From positions 1 to 29,593 of IMG/VR virus record IMGVR_UViG_3300020044_007353: DNA of 29,593 bases; one strand, 5' to 3'. Positions 1-8,174 of this stretch are shown here, piece after piece; the first letter of the stretch is position 1; each line of letters begins with the position of its first letter. The position numbers and the translations under genes are program-made. This DNA is from a virus (lineage: Duplodnaviria > Caudoviricetes). A model generated the notes under the pieces. The model saw only the letters and a program-made list of their open reading frames with translations. It made no database searches and had not been told where the DNA came from.

Positions 1-1
1 A

Positions 2-136
2 ATAAGACATAGAAAATTAATGACCAAACATTTGGAATCATCAATCGAATCATTAAGAGTTAAAATCTTTGAAGAAGCAAAACAAAGATATGAAGAAGAG
101 CAAGCTAAACCAGCTCAAATAAAAACAAATGATTAA
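2..136 (+). CDS. 3' end of a hypothetical protein (truncated by the window edge)
   Basis: Open frame from nt 2 (IRHRKLMTKHLESSIESLRVKIFEEAKQRYEEEQAKPAQIKTND*). Its stop overlaps the start region of the terminase gene. Confidence 0.6.
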   Translation: MRHRKLMTKHLESSIESLRVKIFEEAKQRYEEEQAKPAQIKTND

Positions 137-1367
137 TGAAATTGTAGTAGAAGGTTTTACCCCAACCAAAAAGCAAGTTGAAATTATTGATGCTTGTACA
201 ACAGAGTCAGTAAAATATATTATTGGTTGTTTTGGAAGACAAGCGGGGAAATCATTTACAGCAATGAACCTACTACTCAAATGGGCATTAGAAGATAATG
301 GTTCAATTAGTATGTGGGTATCACCAATATACTCTCAAGCAAAAAAAGTATTCACAGAATTAACCAATACAATTGCAGGAACAGGACTTACCAAATCAAT
401 TAACAAATCAGAATTAACAATCACATTCATCAATGGGTCTGTAATCTATTTCAGGTCAGGTGAAAGGGAAGATTCTCTTCGTGGTTATACATTAACTTAT
501 TTGATTATTGATGAAGCTGCATACATCAAAGATGAAGTATGGAATACAGTATTAAGACCAACAGTATTGGTTCATGGTAAGAAAGTATTATTCATCTCCA
601 CACCAAAGGGAAGGAATTGGTTTTACAATCTGGCAATGAGAGGTATGAGTGATGACTATCCACAATACAAGACATTCCACGCAACATCATTTGATACCCC
701 ATTCATTACAGCAGAAGAATTGGAAGAAGCCAAGTTATCATTACCTGATAACATTTATCGACAAGAGATACTAGCAGAGTTTATGGATGATGGTGGGGAA
801 GTATTCTCAAGCATCAAAAGCAATTGTATATTACCATCATATCCCCCAATTGCAACTGGTGAAAAATATTATGCAGGACTCGATTTTGGTCGTCAAAATG
901 ACTATACAGTACTGACAGTTGTCAATTCCAAAGGAGAAATGGTCGATTTTTATCGTGAAAGACAAAAGTCTTGGGATATCATTGTATCAGAGTTATTGGT
1001 TAGATTAAGGAAATGGAAACCAGTTGTATATGCAGAGGTTAACTCAATAGGTGATGTTCTATTCGAGAATATCAAAAAGCAATATTCAGCAGTACAACCA
1101 TTTGTTACCAATAATGAATCCAAACAGAATATGATTGAGGATTTGATTATGGGTCTTAATGAGAACAAACTATTATTACCCACACAAGAGTTAAATGTAG
1201 ACCTATACAAGGAGTTATCTGTTTTTACATACGAATACTCACCCCGAACAAGAAAGGTCAAATATGGAGCTCCCAGTGGGTTTCATGATGACTGTGTGAT
1301 TAGTCTTGGATTAACATATTATTCATTCAAGAAAAAAGCAAGTTATGGTACCTATGTGGTAAGATAA
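129..1367 (+). CDS. terL: Terminase large subunit
   Basis: Walker A GRQAGKS, LRG..LIIDEAA (Walker B), ISTPKG coupling motif, nuclease motifs GLDFG..NDYT and HDDCVIS. Confidence 0.96.
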   Translation: MINEIVVEGFTPTKKQVEIIDACTTESVKYIIGCFGRQAGKSFTAMNLLLKWALEDNGSISMWVSPIYSQAKKVFTELTNTIAGTGLTKSINKSELTITFINGSVIYFRSGEREDSLRGYTLTYLIIDEAAYIKDEVWNTVLRPTVLVHGKKVLFISTPKGRNWFYNLAMRGMSDDYPQYKTFHATSFDTPFITAEELEEAKLSLPDNIYRQEILAEFMDDGGEVFSSIKSNCILPSYPPIATGEKYYAGLDFGRQNDYTVLTVVNSKGEMVDFYRERQKSWDIIVSELLVRLRKWKPVVYAEVNSIGDVLFENIKKQYSAVQPFVTNNESKQNMIEDLIMGLNENKLLLPTQELNVDLYKELSVFTYEYSPRTRKVKYGAPSGFHDDCVISLGLTYYSFKKKASYGTYVVR

Positions 1368-1371
1368 GTTG

Positions 1372-1400
1372 TGGATAAAAAAAACAAAAAAGATATTTTA
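1372..1400 (+). promoter_or_regulatory. Putative promoter TGGATA-N16-TATTTTA
   Basis: Near-identical elements occur at 10502 and 21942. TATTT begins 13 nt before ATG 1407. Confidence 0.65.
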
Positions 1401-1406
1401 TATTAT

Positions 1407-2090
1407 ATGGAAATACATTACATAGAGTACCAAGGAGTTAAATATCCAGTGATGGAACCAACGATTGAGTTGTGGCAAAAGTTAATGGGTTTAAAAGATT
1501 GGACTGAAGATAATGAATTTGCAATAGAGTTAATTTCTCAAGTAACAGGACTTGATAAAGAAACTATTAACAGGTCTGATTGGCATAATGTTCTATCGGT
1601 ATCACAAAATATCTCAAACTATTTATTGAATGAGTCAAAAGTCTTTCATAAGAATTTTGAATTCGAAGGAGTTAAATATGGATTTATTGATTTACCAAAT
1701 TTAACATTCGGTGAATTTATTGATATAGATACCTTTTTATCAAAGACTGAAATTGAAAGAAGAAATGAGATTAATTTGTTGATGGCAATGTTATATCGTG
1801 AAATTGGTGAGGATGGAAAATTAGTTCCATATGATTCAAGTCAAGTAGAAATAAGGGCAAAGAAGTTCAAAAAGTTAGGAGTGAAATATGTAACTGGAAG
1901 TACGAGTTTTTTTTTGCGTTTAGAAAAAACATTACATCAAAATTCAAAACCCTCTTTTTGGAATCTATTGAAGATAAAGATATCGATGATTTGGATGCTC
2001 GTGAAGGCAATAACTTTCATAAGCATTGGGGTTGGCTTGGTACACTTATCCAACTTGCGAAAGAAGATATTACGAAAATTGAAGAAATAA
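1407..2090 (+). CDS. Tail assembly chaperone, unshifted (gpG-like) product
   Basis: ATG 1407 follows the promoter motif and is preferred over GTG 1371. Contains the G.KYGFI..LTFGEFIDID...MA.LYR motif and a T9 slippery run at 1907-1915. Confidence 0.75.
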   Translation: MEIHYIEYQGVKYPVMEPTIELWQKLMGLKDWTEDNEFAIELISQVTGLDKETINRSDWHNVLSVSQNISNYLLNESKVFHKNFEFEGVKYGFIDLPNLTFGEFIDIDTFLSKTEIERRNEINLLMAMLYREIGEDGKLVPYDSSQVEIRAKKFKKLGVKYVTGSTSFFLRLEKTLHQNSKPSFWNLLKIKISMIWMLVKAITFISIGVGLVHLSNLRKKILRKLKK

Positions 2091-2197
2091 CAAAATACCC
2101 TTTAATGTTTGCACTAAACTATATGTCATATATGAAAGATGTTCAAATGTTAAAAGATAGAGAATATCAAAAACAAAAACTAAGAAATAGAATATGA
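1907..2197 (+). CDS. -1 frameshift extension of the tail chaperone (gpGT-like)
   Basis: The -1 frame is open from the T9 run (FFFAFRKNITSKFKTLFLESIED...HWGWLGTLIQLAKEDITK...) to TGA 2197, with no in-frame ATG near its beginning. Confidence 0.75.
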   Translation, partial: FFFAFRKNITSKFKTLFLESIEDKDIDDLDAREGNNFHKHWGWLGTLIQLAKEDITKIEEITKYPLMFALNYMSYMKDVQMLKDREYQKQKLRNRI

Positions 2198-2733
2198 GTA
2201 ATGCAGTAGGTTATTATAACTTTAAAAAGATTGTCGACTTATTAAGACAACTTCAAACATATCACGAACAACTACAAGGGTTTGGTATTGGTGATATAAC
2301 TCAATTAAATTATGATATTGAAGAAAGGTTGAAGGTTGATAATACTCAACAAAATTATTCGCCATATTATCCTTTGATGTATGTTATTCCCCAACTAGCA
2401 ACAACTGATGGTAGGGAAACAGTATATGAATTTGACATTCTAATTATGGATATTCAGAACACAAAGAATTTTGAGAATCAAGTTGATGCTTGGTCTGATA
2501 CTTTGGATATCTTAAAAGATGTTATTGCTCAATTAAAATATTCTTTGGATTCTTGTTATTGTACTTGGGATATTGACTATCCTATTCCAATGACACCTTT
2601 CCATGAAGCCTTTGATGATTATGTGGATGGATGGACTGGTAAAATTAGATTAAGAATACCAGATGCAATAAACAGATGTGATGCTCCTTATGCTGAGTTC
2701 CCACCTTGTGATAACAATTCAGATAGTAACTAA
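2194..2733 (+). CDS. Putative tail terminator/completion protein
   Basis: 179 aa, YPLMYV...DTLDILKDVI...PF.E.F...V.GW pattern, ATGA-coupled within the tail module. Confidence 0.55.
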   Translation: MSNAVGYYNFKKIVDLLRQLQTYHEQLQGFGIGDITQLNYDIEERLKVDNTQQNYSPYYPLMYVIPQLATTDGRETVYEFDILIMDIQNTKNFENQVDAWSDTLDILKDVIAQLKYSLDSCYCTWDIDYPIPMTPFHEAFDDYVDGWTGKIRLRIPDAINRCDAPYAEFPPCDNNSDSN

Positions 2734-3278
2734 TGGCTGAAGATATACAACTTACGGAATATGATAAGACAATGATGTCTTTAGCTGCTGAATTTCAGGA
2801 AGCATTAAAAACATCATTAGCAAAACCATATCCATTTGCACCAGGTTATAATCAAAATAGACAACCATTCGGTGTAAGAAATATGAAGATTAAAACAGGT
2901 GCATTATACAATAGTATCAAGGTTACCTTTAATCCAGCACAAGATGAGATTTATGTTGATATGTTAGATTATTGGGCTGATGTGAATTATGGTAGAAAAC
3001 CAGGAAAGTATGTTCCAATAAAACCATTGATGGATTGGATTAGAGCCAAAGGTTTCAATAAAAGCAAAGAGACTGGTAAATTCCAAAAATTCAAAATCAA
3101 AGGAATGGCATTTGCTGTAAGTAAGAACATTCAAAAGTTTGGTATTGCTCCAACATATTTTTATGATGATGCATTTGCTGACTTTGTTAAAAAATTTGAA
3201 AACAAAGCAGTTGAGGCATTAAGCATAGATGTTCAACAATTCTTCAATAAAATAATTGACCCAAAAGAAAGACAATAA
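2733..3278 (+). CDS. Putative neck protein (HK97 gp10-like)
   Basis: TGALYNSI, V.YGRKPGK..P...L..WI..KG and I.KFGI.PTYF motifs. Basic protein, TAATG-coupled. Confidence 0.6.
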   Translation: MAEDIQLTEYDKTMMSLAAEFQEALKTSLAKPYPFAPGYNQNRQPFGVRNMKIKTGALYNSIKVTFNPAQDEIYVDMLDYWADVNYGRKPGKYVPIKPLMDWIRAKGFNKSKETGKFQKFKIKGMAFAVSKNIQKFGIAPTYFYDDAFADFVKKFENKAVEALSIDVQQFFNKIIDPKERQ

Positions 3279-4888
3279 TGAGTATAGTAATAAACATAGA
3301 CCAGTCCCCACTTACGATAAGTCCATCGAATACGGAGCACATATATACATTATCATCTACAGGATATACGCTTAATAATTTTAAGTATCTTGTTGATGTA
3401 TATTTTAAAGCACAAGGACAAAATGCTGAACTTGCTGCAAGATTAAAAGTAAGACCAAACACTTATGGTAAAGCCATTATGGATGTTGGGGAAATCATTA
3501 GAACATTTTTAAATGCTAATCCAAGATTTTCAGGTACAACATATCCATACTTAAACTATGTAGCTCAAGAGAATAGTATTATTACATTAGCTGATGCACA
3601 AGAAACACATGGATACAATGCTTATAACTTATGGGCTGGTGGTAGTGAAAATGCAAACTTGGAATTGTTATGGCATATAGCTCAATATAAAATTGAAGTT
3701 GGATGTGAGTATTATTCTGGTACAAGTATTATAGAAGACATCAACTATACAGCAACAACTCAACCATCTTATGTAACAATATTCCCTGGTGTTGATAATA
3801 ATTTGATACCACAACCAAATTTATCTTATGCCACATTGGGTTCAGGATATACACAATCTTCTAACTTCTTCCAAGTAGATAATCAAACTTGGTATTACTA
3901 TGATTTATTTAGACACGTATATGCATTGAATCAAGACCCTGCTTGTAGTCCTGGTGAATTCTTAAATGCTGCAGGTCAAACAGATTGTGCTGTGGTTCAA
4001 ATGGATGGAACAGATGTAACAACAAGTGTAAGAAGAAGAAAGCATCATATTGATTGTCCTATGATTGTATCGTTCTTAAATGGTAAGAATGATTATTTCA
4101 CAAATGACATTTATTCAATTGCAATTAGAGGAGCTGATGATTGGGGTTCACCTTATACATATTCTGCAGAATCAATCAATAGAGCTACAACAACATTGCC
4201 AGTTATCAATGAAGACCCCAATACAACATTTAAAATGTTAAACTTTTATACCCCATATAATGTGACTGATGGTGGAGTAGTTAATGCTATACCTTCAGAC
4301 GCAAGGAAAGTGTGTTTTTACGGGACTTCTTATCAAGCTAATAAGAATGATAGGCTTAATATAACGAATCGAACTACAGAGGTTTTAGAGTATTGGATTC
4401 AAGATAGAGATTGTATTAATGAACCAGTTCATTTGTTATTTATGAATGGTAGAGGTCAATGGGATACATATACTTTTGGAAAGAAGTCTACAAAATCAAT
4501 TGAATTAGAAAGAAAGAATTACCAACAAGAAGCATCATTGAACAAACAATTTTATACTCGCGGTTCTTATCAAAGAGGAGCACATAAAATATATGAAACC
4601 AATGCTGACTACTCGATAGAGTGTATGTCTTGGTTTATGGACCAAGCAGATGTTGAGATAGTTAAAGAGTTATTTATGTCTCAAGATGTTTATATTATTG
4701 ATGGGACAAAGATACCTGACTTGCAATGTGATACTTGTTTAAATGAAATAAGATTATGGCAAGCACTTATACCAGTTGTGGTAAATGAAAAAGAGTTTAT
4801 CTTTTATCAACAACAATATCAAAAGATATTCCAATACACGATGACTTTACACTATGGAAGTGTTAAACGCTTTAGAACACAAGGATAA
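3278..4888 (+). CDS. Virion structural protein (tail tip, distal-tail-like)
   Basis: 536 aa, FKYLVDVY at the N-terminus and F.N..G.WDTYTF near the C-terminus. Lies directly before the large tail protein. Confidence 0.55.
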   Translation: MSIVINIDQSPLTISPSNTEHIYTLSSTGYTLNNFKYLVDVYFKAQGQNAELAARLKVRPNTYGKAIMDVGEIIRTFLNANPRFSGTTYPYLNYVAQENSIITLADAQETHGYNAYNLWAGGSENANLELLWHIAQYKIEVGCEYYSGTSIIEDINYTATTQPSYVTIFPGVDNNLIPQPNLSYATLGSGYTQSSNFFQVDNQTWYYYDLFRHVYALNQDPACSPGEFLNAAGQTDCAVVQMDGTDVTTSVRRRKHHIDCPMIVSFLNGKNDYFTNDIYSIAIRGADDWGSPYTYSAESINRATTTLPVINEDPNTTFKMLNFYTPYNVTDGGVVNAIPSDARKVCFYGTSYQANKNDRLNITNRTTEVLEYWIQDRDCINEPVHLLFMNGRGQWDTYTFGKKSTKSIELERKNYQQEASLNKQFYTRGSYQRGAHKIYETNADYSIECMSWFMDQADVEIVKELFMSQDVYIIDGTKIPDLQCDTCLNEIRLWQALIPVVVNEKEFIFYQQQYQKIFQYTMTLHYGSVKRFRTQG

Positions 4889-4891
4889 TAT

Positions 4892-7639
4892 ATGGGATTA
4901 CAAATAAGATGTTATGTGGAAGGTAACCAAGAATTCATTGACCTATATGGCGATGAAAGGATAAATATTGAAACATCCTTTGCGGAGATACAAGATATCA
5001 CCAAGAAGAATTCTGCATTTACTCACGAGTTTAAGGTTCCTGGTAGTAATAATAACAACTACATATTCAACTATTTTTTTGATATCAATACCGTATATCT
5101 AAATTGGAATCCACAAAAAAAGTTTGAAGCAGATTTATTATACAATGGTTATGAAATATTCAATGGTTATATCAGATTAAATGATGTTGATATTAACATC
5201 AAAGAAAAGATTTATTCCATTACATTCTATAATGGTGTGGGTGATGTTGCTGCAACAATTGGGGATAAGTTTTTAAGACAATTAGATTTATCAAGTTTAT
5301 CACATCCATATTCAACAGATGTTTATCTACAATCAAATCTTGACCCCAATCTATTTCCTTTAACAGGTACAACAAATTATTCTTATCAAGATGGTAGAAC
5401 ATATTGGACTTTGTTTAATCTTGGATATAACTATACTGACAGTTTGTCTGGTATAAGTGCTTATTATGTGGGGACATCAACAACATCTACATCAATTACC
5501 GCAGGTAGTAAAACAATCACAACAAATATACCATTACCATTTTTAATTGGAGATACAATAAGATTAAGCAAATCACCTGAGAATTTTTATATTCAAGGTT
5601 TGGTGACAAGTATAAATGGAACGTCAATAACCTTCATGCCTAATTTAGCTGTTGGTACAGGAACATTCGCAAGTTGGGCTATAAGTAGACAACTACCAGA
5701 AGGGGAACAGATTGTAGACCCGAAAACAACCCCACTAATAGATTTTCAAAAAGATACTATTCCAAACTATATGAGTTTTTCTGGAACTCCAATTAGGAAC
5801 TTTTATTTCAAGCCAGCTATTCAAGTTAAAGAGCTTTATTCACAGATATTCAATCAAGCAGGATATGAAATTGAATCAGAGTTTTTTGATACAAACTATT
5901 TTGAGAAGTTTTATTTACCGTTAAAGTTTGCTGAAGACGTCTATGTTCTACAAGCAAAGAAGCCTTGTTATACCTATACAGCAGATACAGCCAATTTATT
6001 TAATGGTTTGATACCAGCGCCAGCATCTGCAACAACGTGTAATAACTTTGGTTGGACTGGTAATACTTTTGGTTTCACAATACCTGAAGGATTTGGTGGG
6101 TATTATACCTTCAATATTAAACTTGATTTCTGTTCTACCAATGACCCTGCAATAAGTGGTAATCCTGATGTTAAACTTGAATTATTTGCTGATGGTATAT
6201 TCCAATATATAATAGAAGAAGATTTTAGAGGTGTGGGTTGTTATACATTAGATATAGATTTTAGTTATGAAGTCCCTTTTACTTCAACAGATATTGGGAT
6301 TTATATTTCAACAACAGATACAACAGGTTATACCTATACATTTAGTATAGTTGATGCACCAAAATATACACCACCTACTTTTAATTATGAATATGAGTTT
6401 CCTGAGAATGATTACAAACAAATTGACTTCATCACTTCAATAAACAAAATGTTTAACATGGTTTGTATTGCTCATCCAATAAAAACCAAAACTATTATTG
6501 TTGAACCTATTGTAAATTATATCGGTAAAGGTGAGATATTGGATTGGACTCAAAAGGTAAACTTCAATGATAAAATTAATTTATCCCCAACTGCTAACTT
6601 ATTAAACGGAACATTAAACTATAACTTTAAATTAGATAAAGATTATGGTAATCAACAATATAATATTGCCAACAACAGAATATTTGGGACTTATTTTCTT
6701 CAATTAAATCAAGACTATAAAGATAGCAGTATCAATTTTGATACGATGTTTGGTTCACCAACAGATATTCCATTAAATAATAGTTCAGGTGATAAAGTGA
6801 CTGTTGGAAATATGGCAGCCATCAAGAATGAAAATGTTAAAGGTATATCAATACAGAAATATAATCCATTTAAGATTTTACCAAGAATTGTCTTCAGAGG
6901 TGTAACATTACCAAATGAGAATTGGGGTCAACCAATAACAACAGGTACAAGTCAAACTTGGTATGCTGAAGCATATGAACAAGATAGATGGCAAGAGACA
7001 AGTAGATTTACAACTTATCCATTTAGTTATTCAGGGTTTAGTCATTACTTAAATTGGGATGCACAAGATGTACTTAACACAGGAGAAACAGTATTCCCTG
7101 AACAAGACCTATACGATATCTACTACTACGATTATGTAAGTGATATCATCAGTCCTGAAAATAAGTTGGTAAAGTTAAAAATGTATTTAACGCCTTGGGA
7201 AGTATCTCAACTAAGATTTAATGAAAAAATTATTGTTAAGAATGCTTATTTCAGAATAAATAAGATATCTAATTTGAATTTACTTGAACCCGATTTATGT
7301 GATGTTGAATTAGTTAAACTTACCAAAGATTATACACCAGTTCCAGTTCAATATTATGATTTAATAAATTGTAATAGTGGAGGTACAGATTATCATACAA
7401 CATCAAATTTAAACTACAATATGTATGCTTATGTTGGAAACTATGTAAATATCTTTACAGGTTCGACAACAGCATATACTTCCATTGGTTGTTTTAGAGT
7501 TGAACTAGGTGAACCAAATGCAAATTATGATTACGACCACGTATTTATAGGTAGTGGTTATACATCAACAGGAGTTGCAGTCTATAGTGACTGTGGCTGT
7601 TCAGGTAGAACATCATTTAATATAGTCCAACAAACGTAA
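4892..7639 (+). CDS. Large tail tip/hub protein
   Basis: 915 aa, N-terminal DLY.DE.I...IQDI.KKNS.F...FKVPG, DF..SI.KMFN, and C-terminal RINKI....L.....VEL.KL. Confidence 0.65.
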   Translation: MGLQIRCYVEGNQEFIDLYGDERINIETSFAEIQDITKKNSAFTHEFKVPGSNNNNYIFNYFFDINTVYLNWNPQKKFEADLLYNGYEIFNGYIRLNDVDINIKEKIYSITFYNGVGDVAATIGDKFLRQLDLSSLSHPYSTDVYLQSNLDPNLFPLTGTTNYSYQDGRTYWTLFNLGYNYTDSLSGISAYYVGTSTTSTSITAGSKTITTNIPLPFLIGDTIRLSKSPENFYIQGLVTSINGTSITFMPNLAVGTGTFASWAISRQLPEGEQIVDPKTTPLIDFQKDTIPNYMSFSGTPIRNFYFKPAIQVKELYSQIFNQAGYEIESEFFDTNYFEKFYLPLKFAEDVYVLQAKKPCYTYTADTANLFNGLIPAPASATTCNNFGWTGNTFGFTIPEGFGGYYTFNIKLDFCSTNDPAISGNPDVKLELFADGIFQYIIEEDFRGVGCYTLDIDFSYEVPFTSTDIGIYISTTDTTGYTYTFSIVDAPKYTPPTFNYEYEFPENDYKQIDFITSINKMFNMVCIAHPIKTKTIIVEPIVNYIGKGEILDWTQKVNFNDKINLSPTANLLNGTLNYNFKLDKDYGNQQYNIANNRIFGTYFLQLNQDYKDSSINFDTMFGSPTDIPLNNSSGDKVTVGNMAAIKNENVKGISIQKYNPFKILPRIVFRGVTLPNENWGQPITTGTSQTWYAEAYEQDRWQETSRFTTYPFSYSGFSHYLNWDAQDVLNTGETVFPEQDLYDIYYYDYVSDIISPENKLVKLKMYLTPWEVSQLRFNEKIIVKNAYFRINKISNLNLLEPDLCDVELVKLTKDYTPVPVQYYDLINCNSGGTDYHTTSNLNYNMYAYVGNYVNIFTGSTTAYTSIGCFRVELGEPNANYDYDHVFIGSGYTSTGVAVYSDCGCSGRTSFNIVQQT

Positions 7640-7640
7640 T

Positions 7641-8162
7641 ATGCCTTATCCTCCTACACCCAGTCAAACAGCATCTAACACTCCAACTCCAAGTATCACA
7701 GCAAGTGTAACTCCGACTTATAGCCCAACTGGCACTGCATGTCCTGATTCTACACCCACTCAAACTCCAAGTAATACTGCGACATTAGTTACGCCTACTC
7801 AAACAAGTACACCGACTAAAACACCTACCCAAACAATTAATTTAACACCTACACAAACACCTTCACAAACAATGACACCATCACCAGTTGTGTATATATA
7901 TGCAGGTGGGTCTAATACATGGAATAACTCAACAACAGCATGTTCAAATAAAACTTGTGCAAGACCTTATTATAGAGATGTTCCATCATTTGCAAACGGA
8001 CTAATTGTGTATGATAACTCATCATTAACGATACCATTTAATGGTGGTGGAAATTGGGTTGCAATTGATACATCAACAGGAGCATTCTGTTCTGGTACAG
8101 GATGGAGAGCCATACAAATTGATACTAATGGAATAATATTAAATAGCGTAACTTGTCCTTAA
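7641..8162 (+). CDS. Pro/Thr-repeat protein with small Cys-containing C-terminal domain (putative appendage)
   Basis: About 80 aa of TPT(Q/P)T repeats, then YY......G...Y.....T.PFNGG..W....IQID.NG.I....C. Confidence 0.7.
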   Translation: MPYPPTPSQTASNTPTPSITASVTPTYSPTGTACPDSTPTQTPSNTATLVTPTQTSTPTKTPTQTINLTPTQTPSQTMTPSPVVYIYAGGSNTWNNSTTACSNKTCARPYYRDVPSFANGLIVYDNSSLTIPFNGGGNWVAIDTSTGAFCSGTGWRAIQIDTNGIILNSVTCP

Positions 8163-8174
8163 ATTAAATAAAAT

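Noticed and set aside
1371-1406. GTG start for the chaperone ORF (likewise the upstream starts at 19208, 26609, 28005 and 28949)
   Set aside because: The extensions run through promoter motifs or upstream genes. The downstream ATGs have better context.
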